The notes: a model not told the origin generated them from the sequence alone. DNA of 64,000 bases from Octopus sinensis (GCF_006345805.1 NC_043016.1:26102001-26166000); one strand, 5' to 3'. Shown: positions 13,512-27,439, numbered from the stretch's first letter. A program made the numbers and translations.

Positions 13512-13795
13512 TCATATACACACAACAGATTAGACTGTTGGAAAAGAAAAATTCCTAACATCAGTCTACAGTAAGTAACCTTAGATGCTAAGAACCCTCC
13601 TAAGTATCCTAGCTGTCCTGTTTTCTGGAGCTGTACTAAACTGAGTTGTATGCCTATTTCTTCAATCCATCTGTTCAGACCCTTAGGGATAGTTCTCAAT
13701 GCATCTATAACTACTGGGATACATTTTACCTGCATTTTCCATAGTCTCTGTAATTCAATGGCTAGGTCCTGGTAGTTTGCTACTTTTTCTATTAT
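13512..13795 (-). mobile_element. 3' end of an R4/Dong-like non-LTR element with a restriction-like endonuclease
   Basis: ANYQDLAIELQRLWKMQVKCIPVVIDALRTIPKGL motif; abuts long (TAA)n/(TTA)n tracts at ~13416-13511. Confidence 0.75.
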
Positions 13796-14009
13796 CATTT
13801 CTGCAAGCTGGCAGAATCGTTAGGATGTCAGGCAAAATGTTTAGCGGTATTTTGCCTGTCTTCACGTTCTGAGTTCAAATGCTGCTGGGGTTGACTTTGC
13901 CTTTCACCGTTTCGGGGTCAATAAGTTAAATACCAGTTATGCACTGAGGTTGATGTAATGAAACTGGTCCCCTCCCCAAAAATGTCAGGTTTGTGCCTAG
14001 AATAGAAAA

Positions 14010-14040
<31 letters not shown>

Positions 14041-14624
14041 ATTAGGCATGGCATCTTCAGCTAGTGTCATCAACTATAACCCTTGACCAACAAAAGCCTT
14101 GTGAGTGATTTTCTAGATGGAAACTGAAGGCCTCCAAAAAAGCATGCCTCCAAAAAACTGCTCTAGGATTTTGAGATTGGCACTTGGGTGTTGTGTATCT
14201 TCCATGATACTCAACACAATACTTAACTAAGTAACTAGTCATATAATTTGTGGAAAGAGACCCTGTTGTCTGCTCTCACAGAATTAACCAGAGCAAGTAA
14301 GATCGAGAGCTTTGAGAAATAAAATATAATAATTATGATGATGATAATTTCTAAACAACAACACAATAATAATAATGGCTTCAAACTTTTAGCACAAGGC
14401 TAGTAATTTCAGAGTTAGGGGGATAAGTCAATAATCTCAACCTCAATGCTTCAACTTGAACCCAAAACCATACGGTTGGGAAATAAACATCTCAACCACA
14501 CAGCCACAACTGCACATTTATTTATTTTAATTATACATTAGATAATATAAGAATATTTTAGTCTATTCCAAGGTAGTCTTTGTTTTGTTTATATAATTCA
14601 ACTCATATCAAGGATGTTCTAAAG

Positions 14625-14918
14625 CAGTGGTTCTCAACTAGAGTCTATATGGACCCTGATGTCCATATAAGATTTTTGAAACCCACACAACAAAATAGTA
14701 AATTGGGGACCCACAATATTATTTTAAGGACCCTTGAAAAAAAATTTTGCTTTAGATGTATGTATTGCAAGACACATCTAGGTTTCTTTCTCTAAGTTCA
14801 ACCTACAAAAGTTAATGAGTGGCAAACAAAATAGAAATTTCGAAAGAAGAATCTATAAAACTAATTTTTAAACATTGAATAGTTCCATCAGAATAAAAAA
14901 AAATGTTGAGAATACCTG
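14625..14918. mobile_element. hAT (Charlie-like) MITE
   Basis: TIRs cagtggttctcaac / gttgagaatacctg; 8-bp TSD ttctaaag / ctctaaag (1 mismatch). Confidence 0.8.
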
Positions 14919-14965
14919 CTCTAAAGAATATTAAATCTATCTCAGTACTTGACTGATAGGTGACT

Positions 14966-15122
14966 GGTAATAAAGTCACAGGGAAAAAAAGTCACAATGG
15001 TAATAAAGTCACAATTTATGGGATCCAGACGAAGCCCCCAGCCCAGACAAAACCCCCATGGACAACCTCCCACCCATCCCCAACAAAACCCCTGTAAATT
15101 TTTTCCTGTGACTTTATTACCG
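14966..15122. repeat. Small inverted-repeat element (MITE-like)
   Basis: ggtaataaagtcacaggga ... ttcctgtgactttattacc inverted termini with internal short repeats. Confidence 0.55.
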
Positions 15123-16504
15123 TGATTTTTACACCTGCTGACTTTTTTTTACCTGGATTCGACTAAATTTTACTGAACTTAAAACAGATGAACTGTAAAG
15201 TTGACATAGGTAGGATTTGAACTCAGAACATAAAAGATCATAAATAACTGACACAGATTTTTTTTTTTTTGCAGTGCTCTCACAACTGTACCAATCCTAA
15301 AAAACGACTTTTAATTATTATAATTCCTAAATAATTCATAAAAGTAAAATTATAATTATTCCAACCCATAAATAATTATAAATGTAACACAATTTTAATT
15401 ATTCAATCCCTATGTAATTATAAGCATAAATTAAAATTTTATAGGTCTGAGAGAATAGTTTAATTACTCTTCAAAGAAGTTTCAATGCAATCCAGCATAG
15501 AACAAACAAAATAGCAGGTGAAACTATGAGATTTCAATAATTGGGTGACAGTAACCTATTTTTCCAAATAATTTGCAATAAAATATAGGTGAATGGAAAT
15601 GAACTTATAGAAAATTTCTTTCATCTTTAGTCTTTTACTTGATTACTTCACTGAATTGTGGTCATGCTGGGGCATCACTTTGAGAGCTTTAGTTGACCAG
15701 ATCGATCCTAGTGCTTATTTTTTAAGCTTAGTACTTGTATTGGTCTCTTTTGCTGAACAAGGTTATTGGACACTGGTTGTCAAGTATTGTTGACACAAGC
15801 CTAAATACATATGTACATGCATTAATGCTCATATAAGTGAAGTCATTGTCGTGGCCAATGACAGTACCACATGATTGGCACCTGTGTCGGTAGCACCTGA
15901 AAAGCACCATTCGAATGAGGTCAATGCCAGTGCTGGCTGATTGGTCCTATGCTGGGGGCACATAAAAAACACCAATCGAGTGTGATCACTGCCAGTGCCG
16001 CCTGACTGGCTCCTGTGCTGGTGGCATGTGAAAAGTACCATTTGAGCATGGTCAATGCCAGTGTCAGCTGACTGGTCCTGTGCCGGTGGCACATAAAAAG
16101 CACCATTCGAGTGTGGTTGTTGTCAGTGCCACCTGACTTGCCCTCGTACTGGTGGCATGTAAAAAGCATCCGTTACACTCTTGGAGTGGTTGGCATTAAG
16201 AAGGGCATCCAGCTGTAGAAACTGTCCAACCTATGCTAGAATGGAAAGCAGACGTTAAATGACGATGATGGTGATGATATATATATATATGTATGCATGT
16301 GTATGTCTTTATGTCTGTGTTTGTCCCCCCACCCCAAAAGTTAACGGCAAAATCAACAAATAGAATAAGTACTAAGCTTAAGAAAAAAGTCCTGGTGTTG
16401 ATTTGTTCGACTAAAACCCTTCCAGGTGGTGCTCCAGTATGGTCACAGTCAACTGAATAAAAAAATATATACATACATACATACATATATATATATATAC
16501 ACAT

Positions 16505-16579
<75 letters not shown>

Positions 16580-16965
16580 TATTAATGCAAGTGCATATGT
16601 GTATTTGTGTTTAATTTGTGACACCAATACTTGACAACTAGTGTTGGTTTTTATTTTACATCCAATAACCTAGTTGTTCATGTATATATGTATGTATGCT
16701 TACATAAATGGTAAATTTCAAGGTATTTTCTGATTTGACTTTCCAGCAGCAATCAGTTTACTCCTTAAATAAAACTATCGCTTTTTAAAAGGAAAGAAGG
16801 AGGAAACTGCATATAATCTAAAACTCGACTCATCCAGACAAAATTTTGAATTGGTCTCATAAGTTCTTCATACTTCATTTGATTTAATAACCAGCAGTTG
16901 CATGCAGTATTGGAACTCATAGTCCACCAAGGAATAGGGTTGAAAAGATACGCTGACTTACTTAA

Positions 16966-17187
16966 CCCGTTTGTTACCATAATTACTTTGAGATGCTCCG
17001 TATTTCTTTTAATTAATTTTAAATATAACAAAGAATTTAGTAAAATAATATAGTTACCATTAAGCTAGTGTTAGGAAGATGAATTATGACTAAGGTTTGA
17101 TGGAAGATTTTAATTGAGAACTTTTGAAAACAAGACATTTGTACTACAGAACTATAGGCAGTTTCAGGTGGTTTGGTATCAAAAAGG
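16966..17187. mobile_element. piggyBac-like MITE
   Basis: TTAA on both flanks; TIR cccgtttgttacca / tggtatcaaaaagg; related copy at ~50143-50365. Confidence 0.7.
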
Positions 17188-17554
17188 TTAAAAGATTCTC
17201 ATCTCTAAGGTCAGGATGAGGTCAACCACATGGTAGTTTTTTTGTAGCCATATCAAATTTCTAAATCTCCCCCACACATTCTTTTCCCTCAAAAACTGAA
17301 GCGACCTAGCAAAATAACATTAACCATGCATAATTACACTCAGTTTGCTTCAAGCCACATCAGTGGATGGTCCTTGAATCAAGTTGCATACTCCAATGGC
17401 CATTTGAAAAATAGCTGGGTGCAAATGCAGTTGCTAGTTTTCTATGCAGCAGAAATATATGTCAGACAAATTTAAATCAAAGATCCTATATAATTGACAG
17501 TAGAAATAGAAATATGCAGATGTACTAATCTCTACATTCATTGCAATTGTCCTA

Positions 17555-17615
<61 letters not shown>

Positions 17616-17737
17616 TATCTGCTAATACAAACAATAGAACCTAGTGCAGTCCTCTAGGTTGCCAGCTCTTGTCAAACTATCCAACCCATGCCAGCATAGG
17701 GAGACAGACATTAAATACTGCTGCTGCTGTTGATATA

Positions 17738-18750
17738 TATATATTGTTGTATTTCGTAATGGTCATTTTGCTAGTTTAGCCAATAAAAACACACGTGCAA
17801 TATATTTGGTGTTAATTTGCTTCCGCTTTATTTATTTTTACATTAATATTAATCTTATTTCGGCCAGAGTTCTTTCGTCACACTTCTGTGACCTCATCAG
17901 TGGTCCTTTGCTTTCTTCTTTCTTATTTGTGTGTCTCTCCTTACTAAAGGCCAGCCGTTTTGTATTTTATATTCCTATTGTATGTCTTTATTTGTGCATG
18001 TGTATACCCCTATTGTATCTTTTGTTTATACACGTTTGTGTAATTTGTTTTTGTTTATTTTTTCCATGTGTTTACACCTACTTATTATTACTTTTTTTGT
18101 ATTTAGTTAAATTTTGTTAATGTATATAGTTATTTACTTCCATTTGTTTATCTGTGTATTTTATTATGTTTTTAGTTTTATTTATATTGTTATCATGTTG
18201 TGGTGTGTGCTAGTTTTCCATTCCAGTTTCCTATTCAGGCTAGATTTATTTTCTATTATGTATGTAGTTTCTGTAATTTGTCTAATTGTTGCGTCTGTTC
18301 TATGTGTGGACAAGATTTTAACTTCTATGTTGTTGAGTGAGCCCCCGTGTTCCTACTCGGCGTGCTGGTATGGAACCGATGAGCTCTTTTTTCCTTAAGT
18401 TCTCTCCAATGTTCATTTACCCGCTCTCCTATGCTCCGTGCCATTTCCCCTACATACGTCATTGTCTTGTTACTGCATCGTCCCTCTGTACATCTATAGA
18501 CTACATTTCTGGCTTTACAGTTTGTTTGTGGGCTAAATCTATACACAGTACAGTTCCTATCCGTACAGGGGGTTCTACCGATTAGGGATTTGATAGGGTT
18601 GCCTGGCCTTTCAACAACCTTAATCCTTAGCCTAAGTTTGTCTAGGACCCTTCTAAAACGGTACGCCAGTTCGCCTCTAGGGGTGGTGTCGATGAACATG
18701 ACACTCTGGTATTTGTGGCTAATAGGGAAGAAAATAGGGAAGGCCAACTC
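17738..18750 (-). mobile_element. Penelope-like element remnant: GIY-YIG endonuclease end plus pseudo-LTR
   Basis: ORF 18325-18747 has NVVYRC..C..YVGEMARSIGERVNEH (PLE GIY-YIG domain); a hammerhead motif lies 3' of it on the same strand. Confidence 0.85.
17862..17906 (-). ncRNA. Minimal type I hammerhead ribozyme motif (PLE-associated), core intact
   Basis: Minus strand GGACCA-CUGAUGA-G-GUCAC(AGAAGU)GUGAC-GAAA-GAA-CUC-UGGCC; predicted cleavage between 17867 and 17866. Confidence 0.75.
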
Positions 18751-18855
18751 TTAGTATGATAGCCACAAATACCAGAGTGTCATGTTCGTCCAACATGACA
18801 CTCCAACATTGGATGTCAAGCGATGGTGGTGGGGACAAACACAAAGACATCCACA

Positions 18856-19100
18856 TCTATTATATAAAATCCATTCTGTCTGTGTCTTCTAGGATCTCAG
18901 GCATCCTCCATCCGATTGCACTCAAATTTCATAACAGATACCGACGGTATCAGGGCATGTATAAGTCTTGAAAAAATTACAAAAATCGATTCCAGGTGAG
19001 AATGCGATCGATAAAGCCTTGGGAATGTGCATTTGTACGCGCAAATACATCAGCTGTTGCCACTGGCTTTTCGATGCCCTTGAACATACCATAAAGTATG
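18856..19100 (+). mobile_element. Helitron-like non-autonomous 5' segment
   Basis: Begins A|TCTATTATATAAAAT..ctgtctgtg..catccgattgcactcaaatttc, a typical Helitron 5' pattern; 3' end not located. Confidence 0.5.
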
Positions 19101-20101
19101 TTAGCTTAAAATTACTTACTTAGTTCCCTAGGTTTTTGCTTTTTATCAAAAATCTCCCCAAGTTTTATTGGATAAACTTATTATTGTCCCAGGTATGTTC
19201 TCATAAATTCATCATGCTTTTCCATCTAGATTTACCTCCAGCTAACCCATTTGCATGCATCGTTTTTGTCCTGCTTTTCTTCCGTCAACCTGTACATAAC
19301 TGCACCTTTCATTTTTTGTTGTTTTTGTACTGCTTAAAGGCACATTTCTTTCCAGCCAAACTTACTGTTTAAATCATGTTTGTCTTCTCCCAGTCAACAG
19401 CCTTATCATTACTGGTACTTTAAACTCTTCAGTTGCATATTTGTGTGAATAAAATCGTTTTTCTTTGGAATAGAAAAATGTCTATCTCTATTTCTTCTTT
19501 TGCTGGTGTCTCAAATTTAGGTTAAATCAGAGTTTCTCAAAGGAGAGGCCTATGGGACGGTTGGACAAGTTGTTTTGAGGAAATTTGGTTTAAATGACAA
19601 CTCAGCACCATCCATTGGACGGGGGGGGGGTCGTTTTGCTCGTGTATATATATACTTACTTGGAAATGGATGTGTTGCATTCAATTAAATAATAAATAAT
19701 GTATAGTATATATACATGCATATATGAGTGCAGGATGTCACCAATGGTGTAAACAACAAATAGACCCCAGAACTTTGTAAGCCTAGTACTTATTCCATTG
19801 GTCACTTTTGCCAAACTGCTAAGTTACAGAGATGTAAACACACCAACATCGGTTGTCATGCAATGTTAGGGGAACAAACACAGATACACTAACATATACA
19901 TACATACATACATATATATATATATATATGACAGGATTCCTTCAGTTTCCATCTACCAAATCCACTCACAAGGCTTTGGTCAGCCCGTAACTATTGCAGA
20001 AGAAATTTACCCAAAGTGCCATGCAATGGGACAGAACCTGGAACCATGTGGTTGGTAAGCAAGCTACTTACCACACAGCCACCACATACATACACAAACA
20101 C

Positions 20102-20216
<115 letters not shown>

Positions 20217-21652
20217 ATGCGCTTCTTTCAGTTTCCATCTACCAAATCCACTCACAAGGCTTTGGTTGGCTCAAAGCTATAGTAGAAAACATTTCCCTAA
20301 GGTTCCACCCACAACCGTGTGGTTGGGAAGAGTATCCCTCTGTCATACTCTAAATCTCTTATCACCTGGAAGAAAGCCACCTCCTTCAATACCCACCACG
20401 ATCTCCATCACAGAATCTTTGTCGTACAAGTTAGTTGGTAACCTCACTGGTGCTGGTGCTATGCAAAAAGCACCCAGTACACTATGTAAAGTGGTTTGCA
20501 CTAGGAAGGGCATCCAGTTGTAAAAATCATGCTAAAGCAGACCTCCTCATACTCTCTGCAAGTAGGTCCTTTCACTCTTACTCTGACTGTCTCTCTGTCT
20601 TTTTCTCTAACTCTTGTCCACATTATCTCCTTCTTTGTCCTACTAGGGTAACTAAATATCTCCTCTGTAACAAGATAGCTATCTTTGTCCATCTATCATA
20701 CTCTACATAAAAAGCAATTGTGCTGGTGTCATGTAAAAGCACCCAGTACACTCTGTAAAGTGGTTGGCAAGAGGAAGAGCATCCAGCTGTAGAAGTCTTG
20801 CCAAAACAGAAAACTGGATCCTAGTGCAGCTCTCTGTCTTGAAAGCTCCTGTCAAACCCTCCAACCCATGCCAGCATGGAAACCAGGCATTTTAATGATG
20901 ATGAAGATGATGATGATAATATAAACATATATAAGATCAAGTTCTTTCAGTTTACATCTACCAAATCCATGGAGTTACAGTAGAAGACAGTTGCACAAGT
21001 GGAACTGAATCCAGAACCATATGGTTAGGAAAAAAGCTTCTTGTCACACAGCCATGCCTACACCTATGTAGGTAGGAAATAACGGACATAATTTTAGCAA
21101 AGATAAAGTATAACCATTTCAGTAAAGTAAAAAAGGCTCATGAGAAAAAAAAAATTATATTTCATTTAAATAACATAACAGATCATTAAACATGTTATTC
21201 TAAGCCATTTATTAACTGATAATATATGAGTTGTACACAATGTCAATACTACATAATGGTATATGGGGGGAAAAAAATCATATTTTATTTAATGTCGTAA
21301 ATGATAGTTAAAACCCACCATCATCACCCAAAAAAATTTTTGAATCAATCATTTCTTTAAATTTTTATTGTCACTGATTTTGATTTCATTTTTGTTTTCA
21401 GTCTTTCTCTGTTGCATTTTACTTGTTTCATTCATTGGATTACAGCCATGCTGGGGCATTGTTTTGTTTCGAGGATTTTAGTTGACATCAGTAGGAGTTT
21501 TTTTTAAAGTCTGATACTGTTTCTATCGGACTCTTTTCCTGAATTGCTAAGTTATGTGACATAAATAAACCAACATTGGTTGTCAAGTGACAGACAAACC
21601 ACAATTGAAAAAGACATACACACACACAAACACAAATGTACATACACATACA

Positions 21653-21723
<71 letters not shown>

Positions 21724-22138
21724 TCTTTACTCTTTTACTTGTTTCAGTCATTTGACTGTGGCCATGCTGGAGCACTGCCTTTTAGTCAAGCAAATCGACC
21801 CCAGGACTTATTCTTTGTAAGCCTAGTACTTATTCTATTAGTCTCTTTTGCCGAACCGCTAAGTTACAGGGACGTAAACACACAAGCATCAGTTTTCAAA
21901 CGATGTTGGGGGGACGAACACAGGCACACACACACACATATATATATACATATATACGACAAGCTTCTTTCAGTTTCCGTCTACCAAATCCACTCACAAG
22001 GCTTTGGTTGGCCCGAGGCTATAGTAGAAGACACTTGCCCAAGGTGCCACGCAGTGGGACTGAACCCGGTTGGTAAGCAAGCTACTTACCACACAGCCAC
22101 TCCTACGCCTATATATATATATATATATAAAATATAAA

Positions 22139-22380
22139 TTTTATAATTATGAGTATAATTATAATTAGGGTTCAGCAAAAAATTTGCTTCACTACATACC
22201 AAAATTTAGAAATAGCAGTTAAAACTAGCTATTTCTCTACCATAAGAAAATCTCTATTGTCTGGGAGATTCTCTTATGGTAGAGAAATAGCTAGTTTTAA
22301 CTGCTTTTTCTAAATTTCGGTATGTGGTGAAGCAAATTTTTTGCTGAACCCTAATTATAATTATACTCATAATTATAAAA
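22139..22380. repeat. Near-perfect palindrome (116-bp arms, 10-nt loop)
   Basis: 22139-22254 is the reverse complement of 22265-22380 with about 4 mismatches; loop tattgtctgg. Confidence 0.95.
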
Positions 22381-23074
22381 AATTTTGTTTAAGTTTACCA
22401 ATAATGGTTCTTTTAACATACCAAACTACTTGGTAAAATTATTAATTATTAATTCATCATCATCGTTTAACGTCCGTTTTCCACACTAGCACGGGTTGGA
22501 CGGTTCGACCGGGGTCTGGGAAGCCAGGGGCTGCACCAGGCTCCGGCAGTGTTTCTACAGCTGGATGCCCTTCCTAACGTCAACTACTCCGCGAGTGTAA
22601 CTAATTATTTTTACCCTTTATTATACACATACACACACAATGCACTTCCACAAAGTTTCCATCTACCAAATTTAGCCACAATTTGGTCATCCAAGGACCT
22701 TTAATAAGACACTCGCTCAAGGTGCCATGGAGTAGGACAACTAAAATCACATGCTTGCAAAGCAAGTTTCTTAACCAGACAGTTATGCCTGCACATGTGA
22801 CTCTTTTGTTTATAATTTTGATATGAATTCAAAGTATTAACTATGCAAGTGTGGCTATGTAGTAAGAAGCTTGCTTCCTGGCCAATATATGGGTAAAGGA
22901 CATCAAAAAAAAAATAAAACGTGGAACACAATGAGAAACGAAAACATAAAAACAAAAACATAGAAACAAACTTTTTTTCAAACAATGAAAAAAACAGAGT
23001 ACAAGACATACAACACAAGGAATATTCCCCTTCTTCAGTTGTCTCTGTTTCATCTACTCCACGTTTCGAAGGTA

Positions 23075-23105
<31 letters not shown>

Positions 23106-23216
23106 TTGATCACTTGACCAACCAGTCCGTCAGGCGTCCATTTGACACCACTGGTCACAGCACGCTGTCCACTTCTCTCTGGATCACGCCTTTCTCACCC
23201 ACGTGATCCCAATTCC

Positions 23217-23248
<32 letters not shown>

Positions 23249-23255
23249 CTCCTGA

Positions 23256-23299
<44 letters not shown>

Positions 23300-25199
23300 G
23301 TATATATTCTTTTACTTGTTTCAGTCATTTGACTGTGGCCATACTGGAATACTGCCTTGAAGGGTTTTAGCCAAACAAATTGAACCCAGGACTTATCTTT
23401 TTAAGCCTTGTACATATTCTATTGATTTCTTATGCTGAACTGCTAAGTTACAGGGACATAATCGCACCAACACCAATTGTCAAGTGGTGAGTTGGGGGCA
23501 AAACACAGGCAAAAGACAGGCTTCTTTCAGTTTCTGTCTACCAAATCCACTTGCAAGGCTTTGGTTGACCTGAGGCTATAGTAGAAGGTGTTTGCCCAAG
23601 ACACCATGCAAAAGGACTGAAATTAGAATCATGTGGTTTGGAAGCAAGCTTCTTACCACACAGCTACGCCAGCACTTGTATATGTATATATGTATGTGTG
23701 TGTGTCTTTGTGTCTGTGTTTCTTCCCCAATGAAGGCAAACTTACCAGTGCTGGTGTTACAAAAATGCTACCCACTTGACAACCATACTGTAACTTAATT
23801 CAGCAAAAGAAATTGATAAATAAGTACCTGGCTTAAAGGTAGAAGAACTGGGGTCAATTCATTCAACTAAAAATTCAAGGTGGTGCCCCAGCATGAATGA
23901 CTGAAACAAGTAAAAGATAAAAGAAAAGATGCAAGAAACCAAAATGACCACAATAACCAGGAATCCAGAGATGCTTGTTGTTGTTGTTATTGTTGGTCAA
24001 CCCTGTGAAGGCACATGGCTTAGTGGTTAGAGCGTCGAGCTTACAATCGTGAGATTGTGAGTTCGAATCCTGGGCCAGGCTGCGTGTTGTGTTATTGAGC
24101 AAGACACTTTATCTCACGTTGCTCCAATTCACTCAGCTGTAGAAATGAGTTGCGACATCACAGGTGCCAAGCTGTATCGGCCCCTTTGCCTTTCTCTTGG
24201 ATAACACTGGTGGTGTGGAGAAGGGAGGCCGGGATGCATGGGCGACTGCTGGTCTTCCATAAACAACCTTGCCCGGACTTGTGCCTGGGAGGGCAACTTT
24301 CTAGGTCAGTCATGACCAAAGGGGGTCTCAATAGGTCAACCCTGATTGAATAAATGCATAAGTAAATGCATTCTAATCATGATCACTTCATTTTTCATTT
24401 CAGACAGAATAGATCAAGCCATTATAGCCTTCTCTAAAAACAATAAGATGTCATTTGGGATTTGGCATTAGGAAGGGCATCAAGCTGTAGAAACCATGCC
24501 AAAGAAGACAATGGAGTTCAACACAGTCCTCTCACTTGTTGCCTCCTATCAAACCATCTACCTTATGCTGGCATGGAAGACAGACAATGCAATGGGTATG
24601 ACAATTTGATAGAATTCAATAGGCTGGAAGATCATATCTTCCTTCGATATCTCAGCTTTAGCATGATTTCTATGGCTTGGATATTCTACCTAACACCAGT
24701 CACTTTTCAGAGTGTACTGGGTGAATTTATTTGTGGCACCAGCACTGCAGATGTCTTGCTGTCAATAAAAGAATACTCTGAAGTCTTGTGTTGTTGCCGT
24801 TTTAACTGATTACCAATTATTTCAAGAGTACTGGGTGTATTTTTTTTTTGTAGTACCAGCACTGGCAAGTTTGCCTTCTTCATCATCATTTAATATCCAT
24901 TTTCCATGCTGGCATGGGTCAGATGATTTGACAGGAACTGGTAAACCAGAGAGCTGCACCAGGTTCCAGTCTGATTTTGACATGATTTCTACTGCTGGAT
25001 CGTCTTCCTAATGGTAACCACTCCAACACTGTAATGGGTGCTTTTTACATGCCACTGACACAAGTGCTATTTACATGTCACTGGCAACAGCCATAACTAC
25101 AGTTTCACAGATGACATTTACATGACACTGGCAATGACCATGACTAGAGTTTCATGAGTCTTCTCAAGCACAGCAAATCATCAAAGGTCACGGTCATTT

Positions 25200-25200
25200 G

Positions 25201-25293
<93 letters not shown>

Positions 25294-25391
25294 CATATAC
25301 ATATATACACACACATATATATAAATATATACATGCACATACACACACACACACCACACACACACACATATATATGTATGTATGTATATAC

Positions 25392-25410
<19 letters not shown>
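25200..25410. repeat. Long (TA)n and compound (CA)/(TA) microsatellite
   Basis: Direct inspection; similar tracts at ~12.4, 16.5, 20.1 and 23.1 kb. Confidence 0.9.
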
Positions 25411-25424
<14 letters not shown>

Positions 25425-26674
25425 CATATCATCATCATAATCATTTAACATCTGCTTTCATGCTGGCATGGGTTGGACGGTTTGACAGGAACTGGCAAGA
25501 TAGAGAGCTGCACCAAATTCCAGTCTGATTTAGCATGGTTACTATGGCTGGATACCCTTTCTAATGCCAACCAATCAAAGAGTGTAATGGGTGCTTTTTA
25601 TGTGCAACCAGCACAGGTGCTATATATATGACACCAGCAACAGCAGTGATTACAATTTCACAGGTGCCACTTAAATGACACTGGTAATGGCCATGACTAC
25701 AATTTCACTTGGCTTGACAAGTCTTCTCAAGTACAGTATATTGCCAAAGGTCTCAGTCACTAGTCATCATCTCCATGAGACCCAATATTTGAAGATCATG
25801 CTTCACCACCTCATTCCATGTCTTTCTGGGTCTATCTCTCCCATAGGTTCTCTCCACAGTTAGAGATTGGCACTTCTTTTACACAGCTGTTCTCGTCCAT
25901 ACACATCACATGACCAAACCAATGCAGCTGTCTCTCTTGCACACCACATCTAAAGCCTCTTATGCCCCACTTTTCTCTCATGGCACTTACACTCTGTTGT
26001 TAAAAGAAAAATTACATGACATTCACAGTTTTAGGAATTGGAGAAGCATGTCCTCAGACTTGCATCAAAGGTGTGCTATTACAATACACACACACACATG
26101 TATCTACACATTACCAACATCATTTTATGTCTGTTGTCCATGCTGGCATGGGTTGGACAATTTGCCTGAAAACTGGTAAGCCAGGGAGCTTCACCAGGTT
26201 ACAATCTGGTTTGGCAAGATTTCTACAGTTAGATGCCCCACCTAATGCCAACCACTCTGAGAGTGTAGTGGGTGTTTTTTATGTCCTACTGACATGGGTG
26301 TCATTGACCCGACACAGGCATTGGCCACAACTATGGTCTCACTTGGTTTGACAGGTCAACACAAGCTCAGTATATTGCCAAGGGTCTTGGTCACCTGTCA
26401 CTGCCTCCATGAGCCCCAACACTCAAATGATACTTTTTACATGCCACCAGCACTGGCATCGTCCATAACTATGATTTCACTTGGTTCAACAGATCTTCAC
26501 AAGCACAGCATATTGCCCAATATTTGAAGGGTGCTTTTAACGGGTCAGTTATGTGATACTGGCATTGGCTTGACAGGTTCTCATGCACAGCATATTGCTA
26601 AGGGTTTCAGTTGCTTGTCATTGCCTCTGTGAGGCTCAACATTTGAAGATCATGCTTCACACATGTATATGACA

Positions 26675-27110
26675 TACGTGGTCTGATCAATAAGTATCTG
26701 GACTGTTGCCACAGTAATGAAGCCAAAGCACACAAAGTGACCTTCAACTCTGTTGTGCATGCACACTAAGTTTTAATATTCTAGCTTACTTCCGTAGTTT
26801 ACAGCAGTGCTTGGAAGGAAGGTGTGTAGCGTGTGATCATTACATTGATCATGACAGAGAAAGCTGAGCACAGAATTTGCATCAAAATTTGCCAAAAGCT
26901 TAGCAATACCTGCTCGGAGGCCTATGTAAAGTTTTCATTGTTCTCAACATAATGAAGGAGATCTTGTGCAACTGAAACCCGATTGTCATTTTGGTCAGCA
27001 GAAAAGAGTCTTGGAACAAACTTGGCACAGTGGAAGTGAGCCAGAAAGCTAAAACTTAGTGTGCATGCACAGCAGAGATCAAGGTTAATCTTTGGCAAGC
27101 GGCTTCACTC
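26675..27110 (+). mobile_element. Mariner/Tc1-like remnant with an internal inverted repeat
   Basis: TA|CGTGGTCTGATCAATAAGTATC TIR-like start; MTEKAEHRICIKICQKL (from 26851) resembles a mariner transposase N-terminus. Confidence 0.65.
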
Positions 27111-27439
27111 TGCATCACTTGTCACTACCTCTGGGAGACCCAAAGTTCGAAGGGTGCATTTTACATGCCACTGACATGGGAGTCAGTTATGCGACACTGG
27201 CATTGGCCATGACAACGATTTCACTAGGTTTGACAGGTTATCTTTAAGCACAACATATTGCCCAACATTTCAAGGGTGCTTTATACATGCCACCAGTCTG
27301 AGTGCCAGTTACGCAACACTGGCATCAACCATGACTGCGATTTCACTTGACTTGATAGATTTTCTCAAGCACGTCATATTACCAAAGGTCTTGATCACTT
27401 GCTATTGCCTCTGTGAAGTCCAACATTTAAAGAGCATGC

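Noticed and set aside
18325-18747. GIY-YIG ORF as a host nuclease partner of ENDOV
   Set aside because: It is a truncated, C-terminally degenerate Penelope-element fragment, not a host gene.
23020-23075. GAAACGT and CTGAAGA hammerhead-like words on the minus strand
   Set aside because: The order and stems do not form a complete hammerhead.
25181-25451. ORFs rich in YI/HT/CV/RE/SL repeats (also ~2.6, 12.3, 16.2, 20.0 and 21.6 kb)
   Set aside because: They are translations of (TA)n, (CA)n and (AG)n microsatellites.
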